Source of the DNA: Haplodiscus bocki
Taxonomy: Eukaryota
Direction of reading: 5' to 3'
Length of the DNA stretch: 64,000 nucleotides
Assembly: GCA_965655095.1 (NCBI GenBank)
Contig: OZ296650.1
Coordinates: forward strand, 94,426,001 to 94,490,000
Position numbers and translations under genes: made by a program. Position 1 is the first letter of the stretch. Every line of letters starts with the position of its first letter. Below are positions 27,601-41,778 of the stretch, piece by piece. The notes beneath the pieces are model-generated. The model saw nothing but the letters and a program-made list of their open reading frames with translations. It was not told where the DNA came from and searched no databases.

Positions 27601-30600
27601 AAAGTTTAGTGAAAACTGGAACTTCCATATCGATTCAGCATGTATTGTTAGCTGGAATGCCAAAAAAGGAAAATGCCACAAAATTGCGATTTTGGCAAAA
27701 ATGTCACGTTTTCGTGAATTTTAGGAGCAATTGTAAATTTAATTCCGTTCAAGAAAAGAGGTCCAAAAATCTCTCTTCATCATCATATAACTTCGGCTTC
27801 AATATTGAAAAGTCGGGATCCTAGTAATTGGGAATGAAATTTGACGATTTTTGAGATATCGTCTACGCGTATCAGACATGCTGGCATGCTGAAAAGTTGA
27901 ATCTGACAATTTATAAACGATTCGATGAAAGGTGTAATTTGATGCACAGAGTCCAGGCGTAAGCTTTGAAACAGAAGCTGGCCAGAAAAAGCAAACAATG
28001 CAAAGGTACGACTTCAAAATAGGTGATTATATTCCTGAACATTTAGAATCATGACTGTATGATTGAAACTGGCAACATGTTAGAAAAGGCATCTGACACA
28101 AGTGAGACAATCTCAAAAAACAGGATACTAATACACAGAAACAATTATGGCACATCTAAAACACAGCACCGCAAAAATATGGAAAGGAGAGCTTTCATCA
28201 AAAAGTGATCCAAAGGGCCTAGATTAAGTTCAAAAATAATTTATCACGCCGATGTTCTCAGGAAAAAACATGAATTGGGCGAAAGTAGCAAAAAATCCCA
28301 CTGCCTCGAACATTCAAGCTCTCGAAAACTCCGCAGCGTTTTGAAAATTTTCGACAAACTGAGAATCAACGCTTCGTTTTTCAACAACTTGGGCAACCAA
28401 TTTCCACAGCGAAAAATTTTCAACAACAAGAGAAAAACTAACCCAGACTCACTCACAGTCTCTTCTACTCCAGTGACACATTGTTCGCCAAACCATCAAT
28501 CACGAAACAATTAGAAAGGTAAACAAATGCACAAAGTGGAATATTTGATGCGAATTAAATCGACGAACTTGACAATACTTCAATCAAATACTTGTAATTG
28601 ATTGATGCACTTCAAATGTACTTGGAATCACAGACAATATTGAACAGCAAAAAGTGTCGTCCACTCAAGCTAGGGGAAGCTGAGGAGGAAAGAGAAAAGA
28701 ATAAAAAAAAAGATTTGTGTTCAACTGAGTCACGCCAGCGTTTGCGATGTTCGAAAAGAAGACAAAATCTATAGACATTAAATAATTTTAATGCCTAAAA
28801 ACATATAGGCCGCTGCCAGGTTTTGAAAGGCGAAGCAAAAGAATCCAAAAAGTCTCTTGATTCCGCTCTCGCTGCATTAAAACAACGGTTTTGCAACTTA
28901 ATGGCGTTTAAAGAAGAGATGGAACTTCTACTTTTAAATTCCATACAAGGCGAAAAAAATTCGCTATATAACACTATTTTGTACTAGATAACGGGAAAAA
29001 CTATGTCCAGACAAAAAAGACTGCGCGACCCAGGATCGCGTTTTTGGTGAATCTGACCAAGATTCTCCCCTTTAGAGAACATAATTAGCTTTCCCAAAAT
29101 TGGGGCAAAATGTCGTTCTATCGGTTCATAATATTGTCCCTCTTTAAAACAGGGAACAATTTTGTATATTCTTCATCCCGCCCTGAAGTTTAGTAAAAAC
29201 TGCAATTTCCATATCGATTCAGCATGTATTGGTAGCTGGAATGCCAAAAAGGGAAAATCCTACAAAATTGCGATTTTGGCAAAAATGTCACGTTTTCGTG
29301 AATTTTAGGAGCATTTGTAGTTTTATGTCGATTCAAGAAAAGAGGTCCAAAAATCTCTCTTCATTATCATATAGCTTCGGCTTCAATATTGAAAAGTCGG
29401 CTTCCTAGTAATTGGGAAAGAAATTTGACGATTTTTCAGATATCGTCTACGCGTATCAGACATGCCGAAAAGTTGAATCTGACAAATTATAAACAATTCG
29501 ATGAAAGGTCTAATTTGATGCACAGAGTCCAAGCGTAAGCTTTGAAACAGAAGCTGGCCAGAAAAACCAAACAATGCAAAGGTACGAACTTTCTTGAAAG
29601 AATATAACTTTATATTTTCGAAAAATGGGAACCGAAGGGGCTCGAAAATTGAATCACATGATTCCAAAAAGCTTGCATTTCAAAGAGTTCCGAAAAATGA
29701 ACAGATCGCTTTTCTTGTGAAGAAATGGAGGCGTTTCCATAAAGAAGGAAACCTTTTACCACTTCAAAATAAGTGATCATATTCCTGAACATTTAGAATC
29801 ATGACTGTATGATTGAAACTGGCAACATGATAGAAAAGGCATCTGACACAAGTGAGACAATCTTGAAAAACAGGATACTATTACACATAAACAATTATGG
29901 CACATCTGAAACACAGCACCGCAAAAATATGGAAAGGGGAGCCTTCATCAAAAAGTGATCCAAAGGGCCGAGATTAAGTTCAAAAATAATTTATCACGCC
30001 GATTTTCTCAGGAAAAACAAGAATAGGGCGAAAGCAGCAAAAATTCTCACTACCTCGAACATTCAAGCTCCCGAAAACTTCGCAGCGTTTTGAAAATTTT
30101 CGACAAACTGAGAATCAACGTTTCGCTTTTCAACAACTTGGGCAACCAATTTCCACAGCGAAATATTGTCAACAACACAAGAAAAACTAACCCAGACTCA
30201 CTCACAGTCTCTTCTACTCCAGTGACACATTGTTCGCCAAACCATCAATCACGAAACAATTAGAAAGGTAAACAAATGCACAAAGCTGAATATTTGATGC
30301 GAATTAACTCGACGAACTTGACAATATTTCAATCAAATACTTGTAATTGATTGATGTACTTGGAATCAGAGAAAACATTAAACACCAAAAAGTGCCGTCC
30401 ACTCAAGCTAGGGGAAGCGGAGGAGGAAAGAGAAACGAATCAATGAAAAGATGTGTGTTTCACTCTACCACTGAGTCACGCCAGTGTTTGCAATGTTCGA
30501 AAAGAAGATAAAATCTATAGAAATTAGGTGATTTTAATGCCTAAAAAAGAAAAGATACTTCCGGGTTTTGAAAATCGAAGCAAAAGATTCCAAAAAATCT

Positions 30601-33291
30601 CTTGATTTCGCTCTCGCTACATTAAAACATCGGTTTTGCATAATGATGGCGTTTAAAGAAAGATGAAACCTCTTCTTTTAAATTCCAAACGAGGCGAAAA
30701 AAATTCTCAATATAACACTATTTTGAACTAGATAACGGGAAAAACTATGTCCAGACACAAAACAATGCGCAACCCAGGATCGCGTTTTTGGTGAATCTGA
30801 CAGAGATTCTTCTCTTTTGAGAACATTTTTACCTTTCCCAAATATGGGGCAAAATGTTGTCCTATCGGTTCATAATATTGTCCCTCTCTTTAAAACAGGG
30901 AACAATTTTGTATATTCTTCAGCCCGCCCTAAAGTTGAGTAAAAACTGCAACTTCCATATCGATTCAGCATGTATTGGTAGCTAGAATGCCAAAAAGGGA
31001 AAATCCCACAAAATTGCGATTTTGGCAAAACTGTCAAGTTTTCGTGAAAATTAGGAGCAATTGTAGTTTTATGTCGATTCAAGAAAAAAGGTCAGAAAAT
31101 GTCTCTTCATTATCATACAACTTCAGCTTCAATATTGGAAAGTCGGCAACCTAGTAAAGGGGAAAGAAACTTGGAGATTTTTCAGATATCGTCTAAGCGT
31201 ATCACACATGCTGAAAAGTTGAATCTGACAAATTATAAACGACTCGATGAAAGGTGTGATTTGATGCACATAGTCCAGGCGTAAGCTTTGAAAAAGAAGC
31301 TGGCCAGAAAAACCAAACAATGCAAAGGCACGAATTTTCTTGAAAGAATGTAATTTTATATTTTCGAAAAATGGGCACCGAAGGGGCTCGAAAATTGAAT
31401 CACATGATTCCAAAAAGCTTGCATTTCAAAGAGTTCCGAAAAATGAACAGATCGCTTTTCTTGTGAAGAAATGGAAGCGTTTCCATAAAGAATGAAACCT
31501 TTTACCACTTCAAAATAAGTGATTATGTTCCTGAACACTTAGAATCATGACTGTATGATTGAAACTGCCAACATGACAGAAAAGGAATCCAACACAAGTG
31601 AGACAATCTTACAAAACAGAATACTTATGATATACACAAAAAAATTCTGACCCATCTAAAACGAAGCACCGCAAAAAAATGGAAAGGTGAGCTTTCATCA
31701 AAAAGTGATTCAAAAGGCCAAGATTTATTCAAAAATATTTTTTCACGCCAATTTTCTCAGAAAGAAACATGAATTAGGCGACGTTAGCAAAAAATCTCAC
31801 TGCCTCGAACATTGAAACTGTCGAAAAACTCGGAGCGTTCTGAAAATTTTCGACGCAAAGACAATCAACGCTTCGCTTTGCAACAACTTGGCAAACCAAT
31901 TTTCACAGCGAAAAAATTTCAAAATTACGAGAAAAACTAACCCAGACTCACAGTATCTTCTACTCCGGTGACACTTTTTCCGCCGAACCATCCATCATGA
32001 AACAATTAGAAAGCTAAATAAATGCACAAAGTGGAATTTACGATGCGAAATAAATCGACGAACTTGACAATACTTCAATCAAATACTTGTAAATGATTGA
32101 TGCACTTCAAATGTACTTGGAATCACAGAATATTTTGAACAGCAAAAAGTGTCGTCCACTCAAGCTAGGGGAAGCTGAGGAGGAAAGAGAAAAGAATAAA
32201 AAAAAAGATTTGTGTTCAACTGAGTCACGCCAGCGTTTGCGATGTTTGAAAAGAAGAGAAAATCTATAGACATTAAGTAATTTAAATGCCTAAAAACATA
32301 TAGGCCCCTGCCATGTTTTGAAAGGCTTAGCAAAAGATTCCAAAAAGTCTCTTGATTCCGCTCTCGCTACATTAAAACAACGGTTTTGCAAATTAATGGC
32401 GTTTAAAGAAGTGATGAAACTTCTTTTAAATTCCAAACGAGGCGAAAAAAATTCGCTATATAACACTATTTTGTACTAGATAACGGGAAAAACTATGTCC
32501 AGACACAAAACAATGCGCGACCCAGGATCGCGTTTTTGGTGAATCTGACAGAGATTCTTTTTTGAGAACATTTTTAGCTTTCCCAAAATTGGGGCAAAAT
32601 GTCGTTCTATCGGTTCACAATATTGTCCCTCTTTAAAACAGGGAACAATTTTGTACATTCTTCATCCCGCCCTAAAGTTTAGTAAAAACTGCAACTTTCA
32701 TATCCATTCAGCATGTATTGGTAGCTGGAATGCCAAAAAAGGAAAATCCTACAAAATTGCGATTTTGGCGAAAATGTCACGTTTTCGTGAATTTTAGGAG
32801 CAATTGTACTTTTATGTCGATTCAAGAAAAGAGGTCCAAAAATCTCTCTTCATTATCATATAACTTCGGCTTCAATATTGAAAAGTCGGCATCCTAATAA
32901 TTGGGAAAGATATTCGACGATTTTTCATATATCGTCTACGCGTATCAGACATGCTGAAAAGTTGAATCTGGCAAATTATAAAGGATTCGATGAAAGGTGT
33001 AATTTGATGCAAAGAGTCCAGGCGTAAGCTTTGAAAAAGAAGCTGGCCAGAAAAACCAAACAATGCAAAGGCACGAATTTTCTTGAAAGAATATAATTTT
33101 ATAGTTTCGAAAATTGGGCACCGGCGGGGCTCGAATATCGGAGCACATGATTCCAAAAAGCTTGCATTTCCAACAGTTCCGAAAAATGAACAGATCGCTT
33201 GTTACCGATTTTCGAAGAAATGGAGGCGTTCCCATAAAGAATGAAACCTTTTACCACTTCAAAAAAGGTGATTATATTTCTGAACATTTAC
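24699..33291. repeat. Tandem array of five ~1.75 kb units, probably forming the NHP2 5'-UTR intron
   Basis: The marker AATCATGACTGTATG occurs at 24711, 26461, 28047, 29797 and 31543. Unit 2 is shorter (1586 bp; deletion near 28010). The array ends at CTGAACATTTAC (33280-33291). Confidence 0.95.
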
Positions 33292-33586
33292 GTTTTTGAA
33301 CCAGAGAGCGGAAAAAAATTGCATGACCAGATAGATATCGAAAAAGAATGTTTGACCTGTCGTCAGTATTTTACTTATTGGAGATGTCACGCAGTGGAGG
33401 CAACGGCGAAAATCACCAGTTGGCGGCCACTGGAGATGCACCTCTGAAACGTGAAAAAAACTGCTAGTCTTTTCTTCGAACACTGAATTGGTTTTTGCAA
33501 ATGCCTGTTTTATACATTGAAATTGAGCCTGTGGAATCTTCACTGATATCGACGGGACACCGAGGACGAAGCTTGCAAACAATTGG

Positions 33587-33635
33587 GCCCCGTTGTTTCT
33601 CCGTGTCGCTTCGCTAATCTACGAAACAACGGGGC
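33587..33635. other. Perfect 13-bp GC-rich stem-loop
   Basis: GCCCCGTTGTTTC (33587-33599) pairs with GAAACAACGGGGC (33623-33635). Confidence 0.8.
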
Positions 33636-35549
33636 GGGGCAACTAACAATTTGAATTTTGAGAAATTTTTCCTCAATTTTGGGCCAAATTATTACTGTTT
33701 TTCCAAAAAACTTCAATATTTCAACCCACAAAAAATGCTAAACTTCAAAAACACTAAGCATTAAGAGAAATTTGGAGAAAAATTGGACAAAACAGATGCC
33801 AGATAAGAATTCTAGAGAGAAAATTGAGTTTATGGAAAAAAATTTTTTTCAAAAATTTCGTCATAACCGTCATTTCTTTCGGCAAAATGGCCAAAATTTT
33901 TTCATCGCCGAAAAATTATCTTTCAAGTTATGGAGTCAATTTTATACTGGAGGCACTCCGGATCGCAAGCTATGTACTTCAATGTGGGAGCTATGACGAA
34001 ATGATCGAATTTCAGCATTTTTTTCCAAATTTGATGTGCCATATCTCCACACCTATGACGAGTTGGTGGAAAATTCTTTGCATGTGTGTAGCCAACAGTT
34101 ATTATGCTTTACACAAAAAGTTTCGGCCAAATGCATGTGGTTACTTCTAGGGCTGTCGGTAAAAAACTGCAAAAAGAGGCCAAAAAATAGAATCATCTCG
34201 TCATAATTCCCCAACCAATTTTGCTAGAATGATCTATCTTGCACCATTGTTCATAGAATTGTAAACTGTGCCTTCATGCAAAGTTTGAATCAAATTGTAT
34301 GGGTAGGAGCTGAAATCGCGTGTACGCAGCACATGTCTGCATAGGGTTATTTCTCTATATATTACACCTCGGCAAAGGGGCCCCTCCCCCGCCTCGGAAA
34401 GGCCCAATGACGGGCGCAATCCCCTGACCCCCAAGACTTTCTTGCCTCGGAAAATATTGAAAATTTTAAAAGACAGCCGGAAAAACTGTTAATGTAACAG
34501 TTCAGATGAGCATCGGGAAGAAAATCGAAAAAAATTGTGATATCAGCTCATTTGCCCATTTTTAAAAAAAAACGAAGATTTGCTCGTAAAAGTTGAATTT
34601 TCCGGGAGTTGTATATTTGCAACAAATTGTATAAATTCCAGCGATTCAGATTGGATTAAGAAGCCAGAAATTGGTGTCATCAGGCAAAGAGACGAAAATG
34701 CACGATGACAGCTCTTTTCCCTTCATTTAAAAGATTATTTTGCTCTAACTTATATTGATCAGGCATTGGTTAGCAACTAGCAAGCTGATTTGGAAGGCTA
34801 AGGGACGAAAACCTCAAAATTTCACCACTGGCTTCTTTCAATGATTTTTCTACACAAAAAAGATATTTGTCTCGAAATATTGTTCACATTTACCAAAACT
34901 GATTTTATATCAATCCAAAAAATCAGAAAAAGAAGCCTGTGATATAACACGCTTGCGCAAGTGTTTTTATTTTCCATCGTCATTTGAATTATGAAAGGAA
35001 AATCTAACTATCAGCAGGTTGATTTCTTCTCTTCTTGAGAGTCTGTCGGAGTTAACACGTTCACCTTTTTCGTTTTCAAAAAAATCCTAAATAGTTCCTA
35101 TAGACTAGTAGAATGCAGTTTTGACAACGCCGACAAAAATTTATTGCTGAAAGTCCGAAATATGTTCGCCCAATGACATATAGAAAATAACACAGCGCTG
35201 CTGCGCCTCTTTTTATAAGGGGACAAGTGAAGTACTCACCGTGGCTTACTGGATACTAAAAGATCTCAGTATCACAGAGCACGGTTGCCTCTTTCCACCC
35301 ACGGGTGTGTAGACCACATACCCGATCCTATAGCATCTCCAAGGTGATTCAGCTCATCGAAATTTCACTCATTTCTAAGAGCACCAGAGCTTAAAATCCA
35401 ACCAACTTCGGTTTTCGTTAATCCTCATTTCGAATTGAAACTAGATTTTAACCTGCATCTTTATAATTCAATTGTCCGAGTTCAAAAACCAAACCTCAGT
35501 GAAATTAGAGTTAATCATCATTCATAGTCGATACAGAAGCGTAGGCATT

Positions 35550-36450
35550 CAACAAGCTTCATTGCCTACCCAAACTCTTGCCGAAAACAGAAGAAGCCTG
35601 ATGCCTCCAGAAACTTATTGATAAAAGAACCAGCCTCGTCAACGAAGTTAGATCAGTGAAAACCGAAAAAAGCTAGACTTGGGAAAAGAGTACCAACCGT
35701 ATTTACGTACCATCAACGAGTGAATGAAAACCAAAAGTTACCAACCAGTTGAAGACGTTGGAATCTACGGCTTTTGATCCTTCCCGAGTACAGCTAGTCA
35801 ACAACAAGACAATAGTTTCGAATTACCATCACAGTAACAAAAGCGCACGTTTGAGTGAGCACACCAAAACGTAACTCTAAAAGAACAGACCAGTCAAACG
35901 ACGGATCAATTTCGCAAGATTGTCGCAACAACTACTAAAGATTCCGCCATCAAAGCAATCATTTGCACCCAGCTGAAAGTTACTGCGAAGTCAATTGATC
36001 ACTCTTCAATATTGCTTCATCAAGAATCATCTCTCTCCGCAAGTATAGATCTCTCCACAAGCAAGTCACCGAGACAAGAGTTGAAAACTGCACAAGTGTA
36101 ATGATTCTAGTCCTCCCAAAGAACGAAAAGCACTGATAGCTGAACGCGATAATGGACAAAAATCTAGCAAAAATCAATCAAATTTTTGCAGATTTGAAAA
36201 TTACTCTTAACAAACATGACTCTTGTGTATCGCTGATTCCAGCACCCAGGCTAATTACGCAGGCAATTCAAAAGCTAACGCGATCGTTTTGTTCTCTAAA
36301 TTACCTGGCGTTCAATTTGGCAGCTCCAAGAAATTGGTTCTAAAGCCCATTCCTGCTTTCCAGCATCTGACTTTGTATGTAGCGAACGAACCCGGCAATT
36401 AATTTAGGAGCACTAGTTTTAGTGTTCTGAACTCGATTACACACTCGATC
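35550..36450 (-). pseudogene. Possible very decayed BEL/Pao-type integrase region
   Basis: Faint ordered motif remnants only ('YLRREMI', 'MAESL', 'KRALLL', 'GWFFY'); no ORF. Confidence 0.25.
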
Positions 36451-36499
36451 GGCTGACAATCGACACTGGTGAATTGACGAACAGAATCGGTGTTTAGAA

Positions 36500-37000
36500 C
36501 ACCAGAATCTTTTCGCCACTTTTCATTTGTGGCTTCTAAGGGGTCGCACTGGAGTACCTATGCATATTTTGGTGATGTGGCCAAAGATTTTCAAACGTCG
36601 TTTCTTGACAACAGACCGCGGTCTTGTTTGTGCTTAATTTCCCCACACAGTTCTTCATTTTTGATTTTATTTTGATGAGACGTATCTTAAGGAGAGACCT
36701 CACCAAGTTGCTTTGAATTATATCAATTCTCGATTGCCCTGGTTTTGCCAGAAACCAAGAAGCACCCTTGTAGAGATAGATTGGTTCTGTCAGAGTTTTC
36801 CAGAGTGGCTGTTGTAGCAATTTTCCTGATTTGTTTCAAATTTGCTAGAGCAGCCCAGGCAGGTCGTTATCTATTCTGGATGTCGTCATTAGTTTCAGGG
36901 TCCTTAAGTTTCCGGCATTCTTGTTGACGTTATCATGCGTTCTTCGTTCCGTTTTGTCAGCGTTTACTTGCAATTCGCTAAATGCCGTACGAAGCATAAA
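36500..37000 (-). mobile_element. RTE-like non-LTR retrotransposon 3' fragment (RT C-terminal region)
   Basis: 'LQVNADKTE', 'DIQNR*RPAWAALANL', 'LWKTLTEPIYLY.GASW', 'NEEL', 'KKRRLKIFGHI' match the typical RTE C-terminal motif series. Confidence 0.6.
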
Positions 37001-37149
37001 TTTGAAAACAGTAAGACTTAAGGTACCTCTCAAAATTAATATCGACCTTAGTCCTAACAAAAAAAGACAGAACTAATTAACACAGAGGCGAAACTATGCA
37101 TCGCGACACTCGCGCCAACGGAAATCTAGTGAACAAATGGCACAAGTAC

Positions 37150-37800
37150 AACTAATTTTGAAGGGGTCAAGGCACTACGGAAACTACTGAATAAAAATTA
37201 TTTCCAAACTTAAGTAGCTCACTTAATTCTCATCTAAATGTTAATGTACTATCAATATGCAAATGTAACAAATAGGCGTTAAATTGCTTTAAAATCATAT
37301 TAAAAAAGCGAGCATGCAGAAAATTAGGCCACATGAAGAAAAATTTTCGAGAAAGCCTGAGCGCATGGACAAATTATTCATGGAACATTAGGATTTAAGA
37401 GGAAATGCGAGTTGTGAACGGACCAAAAACAGAACCTCGTGATATACTTGTTTGCAAGAGTAACACAGAGGTCAAACAGAGCTACGCAAAGATTGCAAAA
37501 AAATTTCCACCAATTTTTACAAAATTTGGAACAGAAATAACCATAAATAGCAGTGACAAACTGTCGAAAACGTTTAGGAAAGTTCCGGGATTATCAAAGC
37601 AAACTTCTACTTCAATAAAAAAACAGAAAGCTTTGAGACTGTGTAAATAACAATTTCTGGGACTATTGCTCAAGATTACAATTTTTGGACATGCAAAAAA
37701 GCGGCGTGAGAACTTCCAAAAAAAGAATTTTTCTAATATGAGGTTTCGTATCCGAGAACCGCACCAAACATGACAAAAGTACTCTATGGCGTGAGGAGGC
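37150..37800 (-). mobile_element. Decayed CR1/L2/Jockey-like LINE reverse transcriptase fragment
   Basis: 'SISRGSVFGPF' (~37425-37450; GVPQGSVLGP-like), preceded by 'FLNVFDSLS...GGNFF' (DxxKAFD-like). Confidence 0.5.
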
Positions 37801-39026
37801 TCTCTCATGGCTCAGAAAGTAGATTACTTGACAGCAATTAGGCTCGAAAAACATGCAGCAGTAACAATTGTCTTTGAACCCTACCCGACGAAATGTAACC
37901 AAAAGGCTGATATGTGGAGGAAAAGAATGAAACACATATGGAATACCGAACTCAAAATTCTCAAAACAAAATTTAGTTTAACTGGATTCGTAGTCACACA
38001 GATGATTTGGAAGGTAATGAAGCAAAAGTATTTAGAACGTTATTTTAGGTACTTTTGTGGATTACAAAACGCTAAAGATGACCAATTTCCAGCAAAATGT
38101 TCAGAACTTATTGCACAATTGAAACACAAGGTTTTTCGTTTGACTTTTAGTGTACTTGTAGCTAGAAAAAATTATATGGAAACTGAGGGAAAGTTCCTCA
38201 AAGGTCCAAGAATTAGCTTTTTCTTGTCTACTTCAAGACAACAAAAAATTTCCTTAAAGAGCAAGTATGAAGCTTCTGCCTGTATTTAGCAATGTTTGTG
38301 GTTCTTACCATATTCGTTTGGTCGACAGGCAAGATTTTTTATATTGAAGGCTAAATTACGAAAATTTGGGCGAACAAGAGAAATTTAGCTGTTCTGGCCT
38401 ACTTTATGTCAAGCAAAAATCCCGAAAAATTTCAAAACATCTAATCACTTTGGCTGCAATTGTACTTGCTGCTGTATAACCTTGGAGATGCTGCTACAGT
38501 TGAATTTAGATGTGGGAAATTACCCACAAAATCAGGAAACTCGCGGCCCACTTAAAACACCATTTTCAAAGACTTCAAAAATTTGGAACGATTCGTGACT
38601 AAACGTTCTGTACTCGTTTCGGCTGCATGCATTTTAAAAAATAATTCTGAGCCAAAAGAGCAAATGTTGCGACAATTACAGCAAAAACAAGCGATTGTGA
38701 CACTAATTTTACGATATTCACGGGTTTCTCAAGAAAATGGCAGAAACTCAATTATTCTTCGTTGGTACTAGCCTTCTAAATTTCAGCCCGAAAAAAAATG
38801 ACGCAGCAGTGAAAACAGTGGAAAATCGGGCGAAAGTTGCAAAACTGTTGATAGGTTGAAATCTGGGCGGCGACAAAAAACAATCAATTCGGATAATTTC
38901 TGTTTGGAGTGAACTTGTAAAAAAAATCCTCAATGCAGGAAACTCCTCCCAAATGTGAATTTATTTGATTTCTACAGGCGAAAGATTCCAAGTTGAGAAA
39001 AGGGAAATATTGAGCGCAAAAAAAAT

Positions 39027-39102
39027 TGGCAGATATGGGATTGGAACCAGTCGGTCGGAGTACCCAAGCACACATAACAGTCGTCCTTACCCACCAGGTC
39101 TA
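39027..39102 (-). repeat. tRNA-derived (SINE-head-like) segment
   Basis: Minus strand TAGACCTGGTGG (A-box-like) ... GGTTCCAATCCC (B-box-like) ... GCCA plus a T-run; no convincing cloverleaf. Confidence 0.4.
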
Positions 39103-41778
39103 ATAATCCCCGAACTCTAGGAAAATGATAGGTACAAGGTCAGCTGCTTGGCTGGCGTTTACAATTTCAAACTACATGTCTGAAAAAAATCACGAGGTGT
39201 CCCACTGACATAGAATACTCTCGGCCTCCATATTAAAAACCGGATCGTGAAACTTGCTTCAAAGACTGAAACAATGCATCATTTCATTAAAATACGCCTG
39301 TACAACTTTCATTATCTCGAACTAACATGGTCGCGTCATTTTCGCACTTTAATGAGATCTGGAGTTGCCATTTCTGATGATTCACAGGCATGATGGGTGA
39401 CTTGGAAGATGTTTCAACACTTTGTTCACTAATATCAACTATTTCAAGGTCACTTGGTAGAGACCAGTACATGCTCCACTGTCTCATACTCGAAGACTTG
39501 ACCTATCATCATGCAATTTTGAGTCTCGCTTTTTTACAGTCTTTTTAAGGAAACACGCAGATTCCAGAAAGCGAAAATAACCAGTACCTGCCAAATGTCT
39601 CACAAAAGGTCATTTTGACAGTTTAAACTAGACACCACTCGCTCGACGTCATAAACTGCAAGATTTGAACCTTAAAAAAACTGTCATTACCCCTTCTAAT
39701 ACACATTCTGAAATTTCATTTCAGCAAATGTAACGGAGGCGGAGCGGAACTTCGCAACAAATACTGACTTGTCAATGCAGATCAAAAATCCTGCGACTTT
39801 TGAAGCCATGACTCCAGGCATGATTGAAATACTACACCAGCTGTCAATCAAGTCTTTGTTTGAAAAGGTCAAAGTTGTCATTAAGACAAGTACCTGTCAC
39901 AATGTCCACAGCCCATTGTTTAAGAAATTTGCACATTTTACAACGCAAAAATGAACAATAATCGATGTATCTTTTGTTCATTTTATCAGACCAGTGTTAA
40001 CAAACTGACACTTTTTAGAACGCAGAACAGAAAACTACCCGCCAAATATCTCAAAAACTGCCGTTCTTCATACACTGCACCACGAGACGTCAAAAAGTGC
40101 AAGTTTTGAACAGGATAAAAAAACTGGGCATGAGGTGGTTTCAATACACATCCATCCTTTTGGCCAGAATGTGTAGAGAGCTTTCTTCAAGCCTATTCTG
40201 TTTCCAAGAATCAATCAACAAAATATTTAAAGGGACTTAAATGGTGCAATGCATCATTCGACCTAAAATGTAGAAAAACAATATTTGACAACACTAAATC
40301 TCGCCAAGGTGAATGAGGTTAACCAAGTTTTCTTTGAATTAATGAGGTTTCCCTTCGTTTTCAGAACAATGTTGGCCACTAGTTAATTATTTTCCACCGT
40401 GATCAAAACACGTCATAGATTCATAAATCTCTCAAATTTTACATAACAATAGTTGAAAATTTATGAAGTTCATTTCATACAGCTCATCACTGAAACTTGT
40501 GACGTATTTTGAATGGATATTTTTAAACTGCTCCGAGAAAGAAGGAGTCACAATGACTTTGACGGAACATTGCCAACAAACAACATGGGCAAGTGAAAAC
40601 ATTTTTAAAGGTGTTCCAGTCACAGTGATAAAAAAATCTAAAAGCATGGCTAGTGATTGCGCACGTGCGTTTTCCCTGACCTCAGGTACTTGCTCTCACA
40701 GCAGGGCAAAAACGCCCTACGTTAAACAAATACTGTCTATGCCGACATGAATCACTCTTTGGCGATCTTAATCAACAGAGTTTCCCTGGTTGTATCTGAG
40801 CGGAAGAATTATCACCCCCCCCCCCCCAAAATATGATTGCCCGGAGAGAAGTCACTGGTTTAAATTCCAATGGTTAATTCATGGTCAAAAAACCATTTTC
40901 AGCCACTGCCACTGCAAAACTGCTAGTGCACAAGCTCCATTACAACAGGTCAATCGATTATTTCTACTTTTGGTCATGGTTTGCTATGTTATTACGCAGG
41001 AACGAAGTTGGACACTATCTATCACTGTCTGAGGAATTTCTATTGGACCCCCGCGCAATGAGCATGTGCTAAAATTCACACCAGTAGAAAGCGACAGAAT
41101 TTCTAGTATAGAGGAAAAAGACCGACATAAAAAATCAATTTCGCATCGCAATTGCTCTTGAGTACCAAAACAAAATTATCAGCTTCAGTCAAACTAAAAT
41201 ATTACAACATAAGAGGCGAAGTGGAACTTCGCAACACATTCTGACTAATCAGTTGAGATCAAAAATCCTGCCAGACATTTGAAACCATCATCGTAGATGT
41301 GATTGATACTATTACAATTACTACACTGGCTGTCATCAGAAACTTTTTCGAAAAAGTCGAATTGAGACAAGTACCTGTCACTGACTCATAATCCAAAAGT
41401 AGTCCTTCTTAAGTACCCCATTTTACAGCCCAATGTTTAAGAGATTCGCGCAGTAAACAAAGCGAACATGAACACTTACCCAGCCACTCAGTCGCAAATT
41501 CAAACATGACCTTTTGGGACACTGGTGTTCATTTCATTCAGAACAATGTTTACAAAATTGCAACTTCTAGAACGCGCAAACAAACAAGTAGCTGACGAAT
41601 GTAACAAAATGGGTCGTTTTTGACCTTTCAGCTTATATGACTCAAAAAAACTCGGCATAAGCCGGTTTCAATAGACATTATTCCTCTCAGTCAGAATGTG
41701 TAAAAACATCTCAGTTGGAAATCGAATTCAAAAATTCGATGGAATTTCATTTTGTTGTTTCAAAAAACCCTGCAACTA

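Noticed and set aside
24720-33290. Repeated 60-110 aa ORFs in the 1.75 kb array
   Set aside because: No recognisable domains, and frames are not conserved between units.
33541-33575. Hammerhead ribozyme-like CTGA...GAA
   Set aside because: The core CUGANGA / GAAA and the required stems are not present.
41248-41340. Box C/D snoRNA (CTGATGA...CTGA, minus strand)
   Set aside because: No recognisable rRNA/snRNA complementarity, and the boxes are not preserved in the paralogous block at ~39770-39850.
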